From: Nageia nagi
Lineage: Eukaryota > Plantae > Pinophyta
Reading direction: 5' to 3'
DNA: 64,000 bases
Assembly: GCA_050084985.1 (NCBI GenBank)
Contig: JBITNC010000001.1
Coordinates: 192,324,001 to 192,388,000 of the forward strand
Shown: positions 39,349-52,975 of the stretch, piece by piece
Layout of the letters: every line of letters starts with the position of its first letter
Numbering within the stretch: position 1 is the first letter of the stretch
Made by a program: the position numbers and the translations under genes
The notes under the pieces: generated by a model
What the model was told of the DNA's origin: nothing
Database searches by the model: none
The model's input: only the letters and a program-made list of their open reading frames with translations

Positions 39349-40239
39349 ATGAATGATTTACTATCGAGATCCTTGTCCCGGGAGAGGGATCAGAGCTCCG
39401 AATTCATGGACATAGAGATGGGGGAAACTGACAAAAATCTTGGGCCCTTCTTCTCAGAAGTGGGCGTCATCAAAGGCGAGATGGAGCAGATCAAGAAGCT
39501 GCTCCTCAAACTGAAAGATGGTCACGAAGAAACCAAAACCATCCACAAAGCACAGGCCATGAAGTCTCTGAGGTCCCGGATGGACCATGATGTGCAACAA
39601 GTTCTCTCCAAAACCAAGTTCATCAAAGGGAAGTTGGAGCAGCTGGACAAGGCCAATCTCGCGAACCGCAGAATTCCTGGATGCGAGGAAGACACCTCCA
39701 CCGATCGAACGCGCATGGCCACCACCAACGGCCTTCGAATCTCTCTCCAAAATCTCATGGTTGAATTCCAGAAGCTGAGACAGATCATCATGCAAGAGTA
39801 CAAGGATACAGTCGAGAGAAGGTATTTCACCATAACTGGGCAGAAAGCCGAGGAAGACGTAATTGAACGCATGATCGATACAGGCGAAAGTGAAAACATG
39901 TTGCAGAAGGCTATTCAGGGGCAAGGTAGAGGTCAGATCATGGATACCATCCAAGAAATTCATGAGAGGCATGATGCTGTCAAAGATATTGAAAAGAATT
40001 TGTTGGAGTTGCATCAGTTGTTTCTTGATATGTCTGTTTTGGTGGAGACTCAGGGTGAATTTCTGAACGATATTGAGGCTAATGTTAAGCGAGCTCGTTC
40101 GAATGTGGAGAGGGGCACCGGAAATCTTGTACAGGCGAAAAGACTCCAGAGGAATACCCGAAAGTGGACCTGCATAGGCATTCTCATACTTCTTATTATC
40201 ATTCTAATTATTGTTCTTCCTATTGTGCTCAGAAAATAA
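39349..40239 (+). CDS. Plasma-membrane syntaxin, Qa-SNARE of the plant SYP1 family (SYP12-like), 296 aa, intronless
   Basis: N-peptide MNDLL, DIEMG motif, Habc region, NRRIPGC..STDRTR, TVERRYFTITG, SNARE motif EIHERHDAVKDIEKNLLELHQLFLDMSVLVETQGE with zero-layer Q, and RKWTC plus C-terminal TM helix. The likely start is the ATG at 39349, not the TTG at 39325. Confidence 0.97.
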   Translation: MNDLLSRSLSRERDQSSEFMDIEMGETDKNLGPFFSEVGVIKGEMEQIKKLLLKLKDGHEETKTIHKAQAMKSLRSRMDHDVQQVLSKTKFIKGKLEQLDKANLANRRIPGCEEDTSTDRTRMATTNGLRISLQNLMVEFQKLRQIIMQEYKDTVERRYFTITGQKAEEDVIERMIDTGESENMLQKAIQGQGRGQIMDTIQEIHERHDAVKDIEKNLLELHQLFLDMSVLVETQGEFLNDIEANVKRARSNVERGTGNLVQAKRLQRNTRKWTCIGILILLIIILIIVLPIVLRK

Positions 40240-41535
40240 TGGTGAGAAACGAACGGTGTGGTCTCCATGTAGTTTTTTATATAGGTATGTATTTCAGGTT
40301 AAACGTATTTGATGTTGTGTGTGGACATCTCAAAACATTCTTTGATTGTAGAGCTGTGGGAAGGGATTACAGAGGAGGAGGGGGAAGACTCAGAGGCATT
40401 GTGTTACATTATTCATGGTGTTTGAAATTTTCTCAATTTGACTATTGTGAATGATGTAGACACAAACTAACCCAACATGATTAATTAATGGCAATGTGGG
40501 GTTGGATTGTGGATCTTTTTGTTGTTGTTGAAGGGGATGGCTGTCAAGAGTCAAGATCAAAACGCGTGGATTCCGCCATAGTTTTTGTGGACCAGATGTA
40601 TGGTTTATGGTTTCGTAGGGAGCGCTGGAGGTGTTTGTCCTTGGATGTATATATAAAGTGGATAAATTTTGTTTTATTAAAATAAATAAAATGTAAAAGT
40701 ATTTTCTTTGCATCCCTTGTAGAAAATTTTCTTTTTAATTTAGAATCTAAATCTATACATTTTTATATATATTTACATATTGTTATGATCTTATAATATA
40801 TTATTAGTGTTTATATTGTATTTGTTTTACATGTATTACGCATTGAGAATTAAGGTGTTAAGAAGGTATTTATAGGAGGGTTTTCTCCATTGTAAGAAAT
40901 TCAATGAATAAATAAAATATTGAGTAGAAAATTTATTCTCTAGGAAGTACCCTTTTGAAGTGGAAAAGGTAATTCCCAAGGAATAAAGATCTAGGTGAAT
41001 TTTGCAACCATATTCGGTTAATTTCATATACCTACAAGGTGAATTCATGGGGAACTTCACAATAGATCTTGGGCAACATTGTGAGGTGAATTTCACATAC
41101 TACACAATGAATTTACATCCTTCACTTTTTTTAGTACGCAAATTGGGGATGCATTTGAACATGGTTTTTATGCTAGGCAAATTTGCAATGAGGTTTTGAA
41201 GAAATTTGTGAGTTGTTTGGAGGAAAGTGGAGTTGGATTCCATTGGAAAAGATTTGAGGATACAACTTCTTGATCGTGGGATACAATTTCAAGAACATAA
41301 GATAAACATATGGATAAGTTTTTGGTAGGACACAAATTTGAAGGATGCATTTGGATAACACACAAAATTTAAATATCGTTGTGGTTTTATAGTTCATGGT
41401 TTCTTAAAGGTGGTCTATGTGATTTGATTTAAATGAATTTTGGTAGTAGGATGATTAAAATAGTTGGCTGGGTAGATCTAGTAGCATATATAATTTCAAT
41501 TTATTGTAATTTTAAAAAGTGCTAGTGGGGCCTAT

Positions 41536-44500
41536 TGAACTGTGTGACACTGAGAGGGGGTGAATCAATGTGAATTAAAACTTTAATCAACTATAAAAAT
41601 ACAGCAATTAAACACACTCACAAAACCATGCATCACATAACATAAGATTTATAGTGGAAAACCCGATGTGGGAAAAACCACTATGCCAATGGACTGCTCG
41701 GGCTCCTACCCAAATGCAATCGAAAATAAAATGGATGGAATTTTACAAATTTTTGTAGCACCCATTGCGAGGATGGAACCAACCAACCAAATATTTTGCA
41801 GCACCCATTACACGAAGCTCCGACCTCGATTGCAAAGCACTCACTCGATAAGATCTCAAAGTTGTAGTAAAAATGAATCCAATTCTTAAAGAACCTGAAT
41901 GATCTTGCTTAACTTCAATCTCTTCTCATATTGAGTATCTCAATCCCACTACACTCCAATAATTTGAAGGCTGATTCTTTGCACACATAACAAAAACTTT
42001 TTCCACAAGCTTAACTAAAACCCTTAAAATAAAATTACAAATTTGTACCATAAGATGATATTTTTAGCTTTTAATGACATCTCCTAAAGAAGACATGACA
42101 AACTTATAGATCTTTGAATTTTGCACACTCTGAAAAAAGAAAGGGCTCAAACGAAATCACAAATCAAAAGTTATAGCCAAAATAGTGAGACACCCTTCAT
42201 TATTTATTTTTCACTCTTTGCTTGAGAAAAAACCACTTCTTTTTGTAACTCATAAAGATTTTTTGTCCTTTTTTTAAAAAAGTAACCGACTCTTGCACTT
42301 CTCTTAAAGAAAAATAAAACATCTCTGTCAAAGTTGCTCATTTTTATGAGCTGATCATCAATCAATCATCATATTTTGAAATTTATGATCAAACATGAAT
42401 GATTTTATCATTTTACTGTTGTCCTACAAAACTATCCAAAAATGAAAAAAGTGAGAAATTATCTTTTTACAATACATGCCATTTATTCCTTAAATATCTC
42501 TATCTTAAAATTGGAATTGTATGTACATCTTAGTACCAAATACCTCTAGTTAAAATTTTGCAGTCTAAATCTTAACGATTTTCTTAATATTCCACCTATA
42601 AAGTGGCATTTGGGTCACTTTTTCAACCTGTTACAAAGAGCGCAAAATTGCCTGATCTAGTACTGCAAATGCCTTTAATCATCCCAAACATTAATATGAC
42701 ACATCAAACACCATGCTGACATATTTTTAGATATGTTGATATGTTTCAAACTGATATGTCCTATCCAAACATTCACTGTAGTGAAATTGACCTGTTCCAA
42801 CAAATTTGTCAAGAGGTCCAAAATGGTACCAAAATTCATTTGATATGTAATCAAAATTGCAACTTCACTTCCAACTGATAAATAAGGCTCCAAATTATAT
42901 GTTGGGCTATCAAACACAGTCCATTGGTACATATGCACAACATTTGCAACTTTTGTAGTTTTTGCAACTTTTGCAAATTTTTGACAACTTTTGCATCTTT
43001 TGAAATTTTATAAGAACATGCTGCAACAAATTTTTTCGAGCACTAAACATGTTCACACATGTACCAAACATCTCCAAATAAGCTCCAAACAACTTTTTGA
43101 TAACTTTTGCAAGTTTTACAACTTTTTGACAACTTTTCCAACTTTTTGACAACTTTTGTAGATTTGCACAAATTACTTGCACCAAATTTAATTGAGCATC
43201 AAACACATCTATAATATCATTGAACATCTCTATCTATTCTTCAAATAATGTATCACAACACCAATTGGTTCCCATTGAGTGTATTAACAATAATGACAAC
43301 ACTTTGCTCAATAATCTCCCCCTTCAAAATTATTGGTAATACATAAGTAAATACCTATAACTTTTCTCCCCCTTTGAAAATAATGAAAAAGGGCTAGTAC
43401 AAACTCCCCCTAAGTCCATATATAACATTCTCAGGCAAATATTAGTACTGATATTAAAATTATAAATAAGAGCAAAAAGATAAGATAGTAAGAAAATGCT
43501 CCCCTTGAGAATGCGATCGTGAATGCTAGTCAATGCTTGGGAAGTGGAGTCACTCCCAACTTTTTGCGAAGGTACTCAAAAAATTTCGTAGGAAATGATT
43601 TTGTAAAAATATCTTCTACCTGCTCTATTTTTTGAAAAAATTCTAACTTGACCTCTCCTTCAACAACTTTCTCCTTCAAGAAATGATATCGGATAGCAAT
43701 GTGTTTTGTGCGAGAGTGCATTATTAGATTCTTTGAAATATTTATAGCACTTGTATTATCACACTTTACTGAAATATGATCACTAAAATGAATACCAAGA
43801 TCTTTTAGAGTTTGCTTCATCCAAATTACTTGGCTGCAACATGATACCGTTGCAATATATTCTACTTCTATTGTAGATAAGGATATTAACTCTTGCTTCT
43901 TACTATGCCATGCTATAAGTCTATCACCAAGATAAAATACACCTCCACTAGTGCTCTTCTTGTCATCCACGTAACCTAGCCAATTATCATATGAATATGA
44001 GATAAGTGTGAAATCCTTTTCTTTTGGGTACTAAAGACCATAATTCATTGTTCCTTTGAGATACTGAAAAATACATTTTATTGTAGAGATATGTGTTTCT
44101 TTCAAACTTGCTTGAAACCGTGTAACCATGCAAATCACCTGTAAAATATTTGTTCATGTGGCCATCAACTACAATAAGATCCCTATCATAGATTTGTACA
44201 TGATTTAATCAATTAGTGGTGACTTATCATCTTTTCTCAACTTGCAACCTGTTATCATTGGAGTGCTAACTGGCTTGCAATCCTCCATAGTGAACTTCTT
44301 TAGCATTTATTTAGTTTACTTAATTTGAGAAATGAAAATACCATTCTATAATTGATTTACTTGAAGACCAAGAAAGTATGAGAGTTTACCTATCATGGAC
44401 ATTTCAAACTCACTTTGCATTTGATTGGTAAAGTTTTTGCACAACTCATCTTTGCATCCTCCAAAAATGATATCATCCACATACACAACAATAATGAGTA

Positions 44501-46675
44501 ATTATTTCCCCTATCTTCAACTACTATAAATCTTTCCCAATATGTCAACCTCATTCAACATCATCAAATTTGCAGTAGCATCATCATAGCAATAATAACA
44601 GGTAAAAATGAACTCCATCATGATAGCTTCAATGAATACATAAACAATCACAACTCCACTCATAAGTGCATAAGTAGTATATAACATCATTGTAGCAATG
44701 ACAACTTCACTCTATTATACCTTAGAAACAACAATATATAACATCCCACAAGCAACTCTAATATCCATGGGAAATACATAAAAGTAACAAATTCAATAAT
44801 GAAAACTTCACTTAAATTCTATTCAACAATACCATACAACTACATCAAAATATTATATGAAAAATTTTAACTCCCCCTTACTACTTACCATCCTCAAGAA
44901 ACTCTTACATATTAGGAGCTTTAGAATTTTCTTTGAAATTGCTCCCCCTAAGGATGTGCTAACATTGATCCTTTCAATGGTGTGGAAGTGTGATCACTTC
45001 CAACTTCTATCGCTCTTACAGATTTACTCAACTGGCCAATGAGACATGTTTCCTCTTCAAATTTCTTTCTCTAGACCTTCTTATGCTTGGGTATGGATCT
45101 ATCATCAATTTTATCTCCTTCAATATTCTGACCATTTCTCTTTGGAGATAATCTTTTCTTCATTCTTAAAGATTGATCATTCTTCATTCTTTGATGTTTA
45201 TAATAATAGTTTCTTCCTTATCTTTGATGCTTTCTTTATAGCTAATAGAATTTGTTGTCCTACCATTTATTAGATACAAAATATTTCCTACAAAACCTTA
45301 CCCCATGCCCATAAGCATAGTACATCATATTCAATTTGAAAGGTATATAAATTTCTACCAAGATGACTCTTTGGTCTAATATTTTCTATACAATTAGCTG
45401 CTCTATGACCAAACCAAATGTATTTAAAATATCTAACATTATCATTTAGCATATAAGTAAATAAGCTTTGATTTAAAAAGTTTTTATGAATGATATTTGA
45501 TCTACATCTTGCTATATTATGTCCAAATTGGTTACATTTAAAATAATAGCGATAAAATGAATTATCATAGACAAGATAAGAAGGATAAGACCTCTTGTGT
45601 TGATTATGATTTGTTGCATATGTTCTTCCTTGATGGCTTCTCCTTTCATCATTGGGCCTTCTATGCTTCAATCGATCACTTTCCCTTTTGTTCTCATCTT
45701 GTTTCTTTTTTACTGGTTGATTTGGTGAATCAATTTCATGCTCCTTTTGCCTTATTCCTACAATATTAGAAGTCTTTTTTTTTACATGTTTTGAGGATGA
45801 TGGTTGCTTTGCATCATATCTAAGACCAAACTTGATCTTGGGATCTCTTTGTTATTTTAGCATATCATCTAGAACCTCTTTGCTCTTCTCAAACTCAAGG
45901 CTTGTAGATAATTTTTGATTAAATTCTTACAATTATTTCCTCAATAAACTAATTTCCTCTTCAAGTTTATGATGGGCTACATCTTTCTATTGTATCTGCA
46001 ATGTAATGGCTTATTCTACTTGTAGCTTTAAATCTTGGATAACTTTGCTTACTATCTCTTCACACCTATTACATTGTTCAATATGTAGTCTCGAGGCTTT
46101 CTCCTTTACTTGGGTTGCTTTTAGTTGAGTCTTCAACCCAAATTTAGTCAAAAATAAAATGGATGTACTTTTACAAATTTTTTCACCACCCACTGCGAGG
46201 ATGGAACCAACCAACCAAATATTTTGTAGCACCCACTGCATGGAGCTCCTACCCCAATTGCCAAGTACCCATTCGAAAAGATTTCAAAGTTGTAGCAAAA
46301 ATGAATCCAATTCCTTAAGACCCTAAGTGATATTTCTCAACTTAAATATCTTCTCACACTAATTATCTCAATCCCACTACACTCCAACAATCTGAAAGTT
46401 TATTCTCTACACACACAATAAAAATATTTTCCACAAGCTCAACAAAAACCCTCAAAATAAAATTGTGAATTCATACCCTAAGATGATATTTTTAGCTTTC
46501 AATGATGTATCATATGGGATACATGATGAACTCATAGATTTTCAAATTTTGCATGCTATGAAAAAGAATAGGCTCAAATGGAGTCATGGATCAAAAGTTA
46601 TAGCCAAAATTGTGATACACCCTTCATTATCTATTTTTCACTCTTTGCTTGAGAAAAAAATTCTTTTTGTAACTC
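41536..46675 (-). mobile_element. Internally deleted Ty1/Copia element, SIRE/Maximus-like
   Basis: 3' LTR 41536-~43313 carries the GAGAGGGGGTGAAT end motif; several PPT-like tracts at 43314-43506; RT/RNase H at 43530-44510; gag zinc knuckles (CNQFGHNIARC) at 45288-45671; partial second LTR 46151-46675 matches ~41723-42251. Confidence 0.85.
43530..44510 (-). pseudogene. Copia RT C-terminus and RNase H remnant
   Basis: DDKKSTSGG...SKKQELISLSTIEVEY...CDNTSAINISKN...HSRTKHIAIRYHF...DIFTK; VYVDDIIFG at ~44460-44487. Confidence 0.93.
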
Positions 46676-48427
46676 CTTCTTATAAATATATTTTCTCCTT
46701 TAAAACCTTCAAATAGATCTATAAGAGAGTACCTTTTAAAACTTCAAATAGATTTATCCAAATTTAATTTTCAGAGAAAATAAAATGAATTGAAAAGTGG
46801 ATAATAATATAATTAGAAGAAAATGATTTATTAAAAATAAAATAGCAAATATTGTCACTGGGAACAAAAGTTACAAATACTTTTGGGTTGAATTCTCAAA
46901 GTTATTCTACAATTAGCTTATTAAATAATCATAATTTACCACTAAGATTGTAATTATTGCAATTAAGTGGAATACATAAAGTTTAACATACTTAAGGAAT
47001 TTCAAACAATCTTGTGTTAAGAAAGTTCATAATTGGGTCTAGAACATCCTAGATACTTATACTACTAGATTTAACTTATAGTAATTGTTTTCTTAGAATA
47101 CTAAGAGAGAAAGATTTTTTGAAGGTCCAAGGAAGATCTTTCTCAAAAATTTATTTGAGATTTATGTTAGTATGAGAGAATTCTAATTGAAAAATAGATG
47201 GAATTTAGATATAATTGACCAACAAAAACTAACAAAAATATGAATGATTAAAAGATAAAACTATGATTAGAAATCAAGTTTATCAATTAGTTATTGATCA
47301 ACACACCAATTAATGCATTGATACATATTCTTTAAAAAGGCATCAAGAGATATGAAAGGTGACTTAGATTATAGAGAAATAGGGAATGAGAGACCAGAAG
47401 TATATGTTCATAGGACAAGATAAACTCATTAAATAAATATATTACAATGCATACCTATGTTAAATAAAGTGATCTATTGTATCCAATATTACTATTAATA
47501 AATATTACACCTTTTATTCTATAATTATACATATTCTTTCTTATTTTGTTTAGTATTTCTATTTTTTTTTGACATATTTCAATCCCATTTGTGGGTCAGA
47601 AACCAATTGATCATATTGCAGTGGTTAACAATCTACAAACACTACTTGTGAGGGGGAAGGTACCAAGGGACAAGGAGAGAACTTGGACAATGCAAACTAA
47701 TTAAAGGAACTAAAAAATGGGTTAAAAGGGTACTAGATTAGTTAAGATAGAGAAATAATAGTTTTAATAAATATTAAGAAAGGAGAATTACTTGAAAGGG
47801 AGTAGGATGTAAGGAAACCAAAATGGAAAAGGGAGAAAAGGAATTGGAAAGAAGAAGAAAGGAAAAAGAAAAAGAATCCAAAAATAAATATGATAATTTC
47901 TTGCATAATGAAATGCAAAAAAATAGAGAAATAAAAAATGGATGAGGAACTATCCAATAATAAGGAATTGGAATCCTTATTAGGAGTAGGGACCTCAAAA
48001 GAGCCATTAGATATGAAAAGAGAAAATCTAGAAGAATTGATATATACTCAAACAATACATATGTATCAAAAAGTTGATATAAAACTAATTCATGATTTAG
48101 CACTATCAAAATTGATGGTGAGCAATGAGGAATGTTCAAAGTTAGATGATCAAGTCAAAGAAGATAAGAATTTAGGGGAAAAATATGCTTTTTTTTGGGC
48201 TACTTATTATCTCACCTATACTTATTAAAGAAGTAACAATAGTAACTCATCTTAGTAAAATATTAGATGAGATTCTTATACAACATCCTAAGCAAGGAGT
48301 AGAGATTCCCATACATAAGGAAGTCATGGAGACTAAAGAGTCTTAAGATAATCAAGTAGAAATAGGAGAGGAAAGAGAGAGGGATGATAATCTTAGTGAA
48401 CTACTAATAGATACTCTTAGATGTAGT

Positions 48428-51400
48428 TATTAGGAATGGAGCCTGATTATTTAGCTAAGTAAGAAAAATAGCTCTCTATTTTTATAATTGACATGCATAG
48501 AGCCAATCACTAGGGCTAGTCATTAGGAAGTTAACAAATTTGTAGACCTTATTAATAGTCAAAGTACCAATCATGCCAGTAGCCAATCAGTCCTAATATT
48601 TATTGCATTTAACCTTATGAATGTTGATACCAAAAATACAATCCATATGAATATGATTTATCATAAATTGAAGATGTAGGAACTCTATTTTGAAGCATGA
48701 AACTTGGTCTTTGGCTATTTTAAGCTTGAGAACTAAAGGTTGCATTGGGTGCCAAATTCTATCACTATAAAATTACTTAAAATAGAGAGTATAAAAATAG
48801 AATTGTATAAATCTATAAATGTATGTAAAATTCTTTGTAGAATTGATGGTAATGGTAATGATGATGGGAATAAAATTTACATAGGTATGAGAAATAAAAA
48901 TTCTTATAAACTAAAGAGGAAGGTATAATGGTTTGGTTATTGATTGGTTCACTTTGGTGGCTTGGACTAATTAATTGAAGGGACTAAATATTCTTCATGA
49001 GTGCATCCCACATAGACTAAGACATGATACATATTTTAAATATTCTCTTATTTGTATTATCTTGTTCCTTAATTTTATTTCAAGTTTAGAGTAAATTGAT
49101 TACTTAACTATGTTTTTATCTATTAGATCCTAGTAAGTGGTATCAAAGATTTATTTTTAATGGGTACTCAATAGAAAGCAAAAGAGGTTTTTGGATTGAG
49201 TAAGAGAAATGGTAGAAGAAGGACGGTTTAGGGAAAAAAAGTTTAATGGTCAAAATTTCTTGTTTTGTAGGATGTAAATGGGGGATTATATGTACTAGAT
49301 GGACCTTTATTTACCATTGGAGGGTAAGATAAATAAATAAATGACTATTTCATATGGGGAGTGAGCTCTTCTCAATAGGAAGATGTTATATATTGGAGCC
49401 ATAACAAGCCTTCAACATCTCCAAATAAAAAACTACAAAAGATGTTATAGATAAATTAGCTAGGTCATATGAAAACCCTAAACTTATAACAAAGTATTTC
49501 TCATGAAAAGATTGGTTAATATGAAAATGGTTGAAGGAGGATATATTATGGATCATTTGAATGATTTTAATACTATTACTTATTAGTTGAATTTAATGGA
49601 TTTATATTTTGATAATGAGATTAGGGTCTTATTGATTTTATACTCATCACCAAAAAGTTGGAATAACTTAGTAATGGTGATAAGTAACTTTGCTTTATAT
49701 TCTAATAATTTGAATTTTTATGATGTGGTGGGCATAATCATTAGTAAGAAAATGCGAAGAAAATCCATGGATGAAACATCAAGGTTTTTTTGGTGATTTA
49801 ACTATTGGGAATAAGGGAAGATAGAGTGAGAGAGGTGAAATCAAAATCAAGGAAAATTAGAAGGGAAATCCAAAAGAAAAGATAATCTAGAGCATTAGTA
49901 TAGTGGCAAGAAGGGAAACCTAAAAAAAGATTATTGGTTTAGAAAAGGAGAAGAAAACAACAAAAATCAAGGTAATAATAAGGAAGCTAATATGGCTAGT
50001 GAGATTTTACAATATGCATTGATTTTATCTCTAGAAAAGAATAGTGATTATTAGGTTGTACATTTTGATGCTTCTTTTCATGCCACTTCTCACAAGGATT
50101 ATTTTATATATTATGTTCAAGAATTATTTTGATAGGATTTTTTGGATACCAATCAGTTATGCAGGATTATGCACTACTAAATTAAACTTGATTTGCATCC
50201 TTTTTACATTGGGATGCTTTGTTGATTTTTTTTTAATTTTTTCCCATTTTTTTGATGTAATTTTCGATGCAAACTACCATGCCAAAAGTTGCATCAGATT
50301 TTGTGTCCTTTTTGGAGCACTTTTCACATCATTTTTTACATCCTTAAAGCCACTTTTTGTGTATTTATTTGCATCCTTAAAGCCATTTTTTACATCATTT
50401 TCAAAATTTGCATTGATTTTTGCATCAAAATTTTATTATTTGCATCAATTTTTGCATCGAATTTTCATAATTTGCATTGATTTTTGCATCAATTTTCAAT
50501 AAAAAATATCATAGAATAGTAGATCTTTTAATTCTATGTGATTTAAAAAGAAATAGGCTCAAAATAATATCCACACCAAAAGTGACATCCTCTACAAGGT
50601 ACATCATTTTATTAGGTCTTTAGGGTAATGACATAGGTCCATTAAACTAGTTCAAGAATGGGGTTAGTAGTTTAGGTTTTAAAATTTTAAATTTATTATA
50701 TATTATTTTCCTAAATAATATAGTAAGGTTTTTAATGTTATTTTCCATTTCTTGTTGCCTATTTCTTTGTTAGCCTTCAAAGGAGTTTTCTTTTCTGCAA
50801 CTATGGGCTTATTCTCTTTTTTATTTTTTGCAATTATGGAATTTTTTTTATATGGGCTTATTCTCTATTGCTTCTTCTCTTCCTTGGGTTCCATAGCTAT
50901 GACCAAAACTTGAAAACTAAGGAAGAAAAAATTAGCTAAAGTGTATGAAATGTAATGATTATAGGGAGGGTTTGTTGATATACATAGATAGGAGAAGGTA
51001 TTTGGCTATTGGGTAATCAATTTTGGTATGGATGGAGGATGAAATGAATGTGAGCCATCGATTGGTTGATTAATAAATAGGTAAAATATGTTTTATATTT
51101 TTGGTAGTGAAATGCAATGCAAAATTTACATCGAAATTTATGTTGAAAAAAGTGAAACAATAGAAAAAAATAAAATGACGCATGTTAACATAAGAGGACA
51201 CAAATTAACTTCAATTTTCATTTTTTATGTTTTAAAACATAAAAAAGGATGCAAATTGGCCTTTTGGTAGTAGTTGTGGGTATGGGAAAGACTAGGATTA
51301 AATTACCTAATAAAAATTAGTTAGTGCTCAAGGAAATGATGAAAATCCCTAATTTGAAGAGAAACCTCATTTCAATAAGTAAACTTGATAGTGAGGGTTA

Positions 51401-52975
51401 CATGGTTGCATTTGAAAACTAAGAGTGGAAGGTTACTAAGGGTTCCTTGATTGTTATAATATTTAAGATGAATGGTTCATTATATTTTCTTACTAAAAAA
51501 TCTAAGTGCATTATGGATTTAACTTCTACATGTAAGAATGTAGTTATGAGGTATCATAGGTTTAGACACGTGAAAAGGAGTGAATTGGATTTTATCAAAA
51601 GAAAAAGGAGGGTGATATTAATCAAGGATGGAAAGGATATTTCCAAAAACATGAAGTACATAACAAAGGTATAAGAAGATTTTCAACATCAAGATCAATA
51701 AAATATACCAAGGGATGTTATAAAATTGAAAAGGGTAAGCTATTATTTCTTCACACTTTCTTATGTATTATAAACTAATGATGATGATTTAGAATATTTT
51801 ATATAAGATGAAACCAAGAAGAAGTAGGAAATTGGCATGGATAACTAGGGTTATTCCTTAATGTAAAACTAATAGGATTTAGTTTAGTTACCTACATATG
51901 TAAGGAAGGTTTGCATGAAAAGTGTGAATATATGATGATGGCTTGTGATGAAAGAGTTTGCAAATGATAAAGGTATGACCCATGGAGTGCAAGTTAGGAA
52001 TAGGTTTATGGTCATGGAGTGGGAGTTTGAATGTGTTGTATACTAATGGTGGTGTTCTAGAATATTTTATGCAAAAGGAAACTAGGAAGAAGTGGGAGCT
52101 TGGCATATATAACTAGGGGTATTCCTTAATATGAAAAAAATGAAGAATTTGAGGGTTATGCCAATTTTAGTTGGTCTTAAGGAATAAAGATTAAGGTGAG
52201 AATATTTCAATCTAGGGTTGAAGGGTGTTGCAATGGAATCAATCTCCAAGTGGGAGATTGTTAGGAATGGATCTTGATTATTTAGCTAAGTGAGAAAAAT
52301 AACTCCCTAATTTGTAATTGGTACATAAAGGGATGATCAGTAGGGCCAATCAATAAGTAGCCTATTGATTTTTAGGTCCAATCAATAGATAAGGTATCGA
52401 TAATACCAATTGACTAACTAATTATGATATTTATTATAGTAAATCTTGTGAGAATTGATCCCAATAACCCAATCAGTGTAAATATGTTCAATCATAAACT
52501 AGATATGTAAGAACTCTATTTTGAGGTATGAAACTTGGTACTTAGCTATTCTAAGATTGAGAATTAAAGGTTGTGTTGAGTGTTGAATTCAATAATTTTA
52601 AATATGAATCTATAAATATATGTAAAATTATTTGAATAATTAATAGTAATGGTAATGGTGATGGGAATATAATTTACATAGGTGTAAAGAATAGATAGAG
52701 GATAGCAAATCCTTATTGAGAGGGACTAGTTTAGGTGATAAATTATTATAAACCAAAGAGGACTATAAGATGGTTTGGTTATCAATTAGTTCCCTTTGTT
52801 AGCTTGTACTAATTAATTCAAGGTACTTAATATTCTCTATGGACATAGCCCATATTGGGTGAACCATTTTACATCTTTTTTATTCTCTTGTTTGTGTGAT
52901 ATTATTGCTTAATTTTCTTCCAATTTTAGAGTAGATTGATTGCTCAATTATATTTTTATATAGTAGATCCTAATA
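48428..52975 (+). mobile_element. Internally deleted Ty1/Copia element, Tnt1/Tork-like
   Basis: LTRs 48428-49135 and 52259-52975; PBS TGGTATCAAAG at 49138-49148; PPT CCAAGTGGGAGAT ending at 52258; TSD GTAGT/ATAGT; gag MVEEGRFREKKFNGQNF and protease-region IPNLKRNLISISKLDSEGY. No recognisable RT/RNase H. Confidence 0.92.
50172..51275. mobile_element. Non-autonomous CACTA element nested in the Copia protease region
   Basis: Starts CACTACTA; both ends have ATTTGCATCC 19 nt inside the terminus; TTTGCATC subterminal repeats; 3-bp TSD ATG/GTG. Removal restores the host reading CRI-V-GMGK. Confidence 0.88.

Noticed and set aside
39454-40014. 186-aa and 125-aa antisense ORFs over the syntaxin CDS
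   Set aside because: Shadow ORFs of a GC-richer coding sequence; no recognisable motifs.
40164-40713. Short ORFs downstream of the syntaxin
   Set aside because: They lie in 3' UTR/flank with no protein features.
40781-41535. Possible solo LTR starting TGTTATG
   Set aside because: No CA end, TSD, PBS/PPT or second copy could be identified.
50044-50502. 152-aa hydrophobic ORF with FAS repeats
   Set aside because: It spans the Copia/CACTA junction and merely translates the TTTGCATC subterminal repeats.
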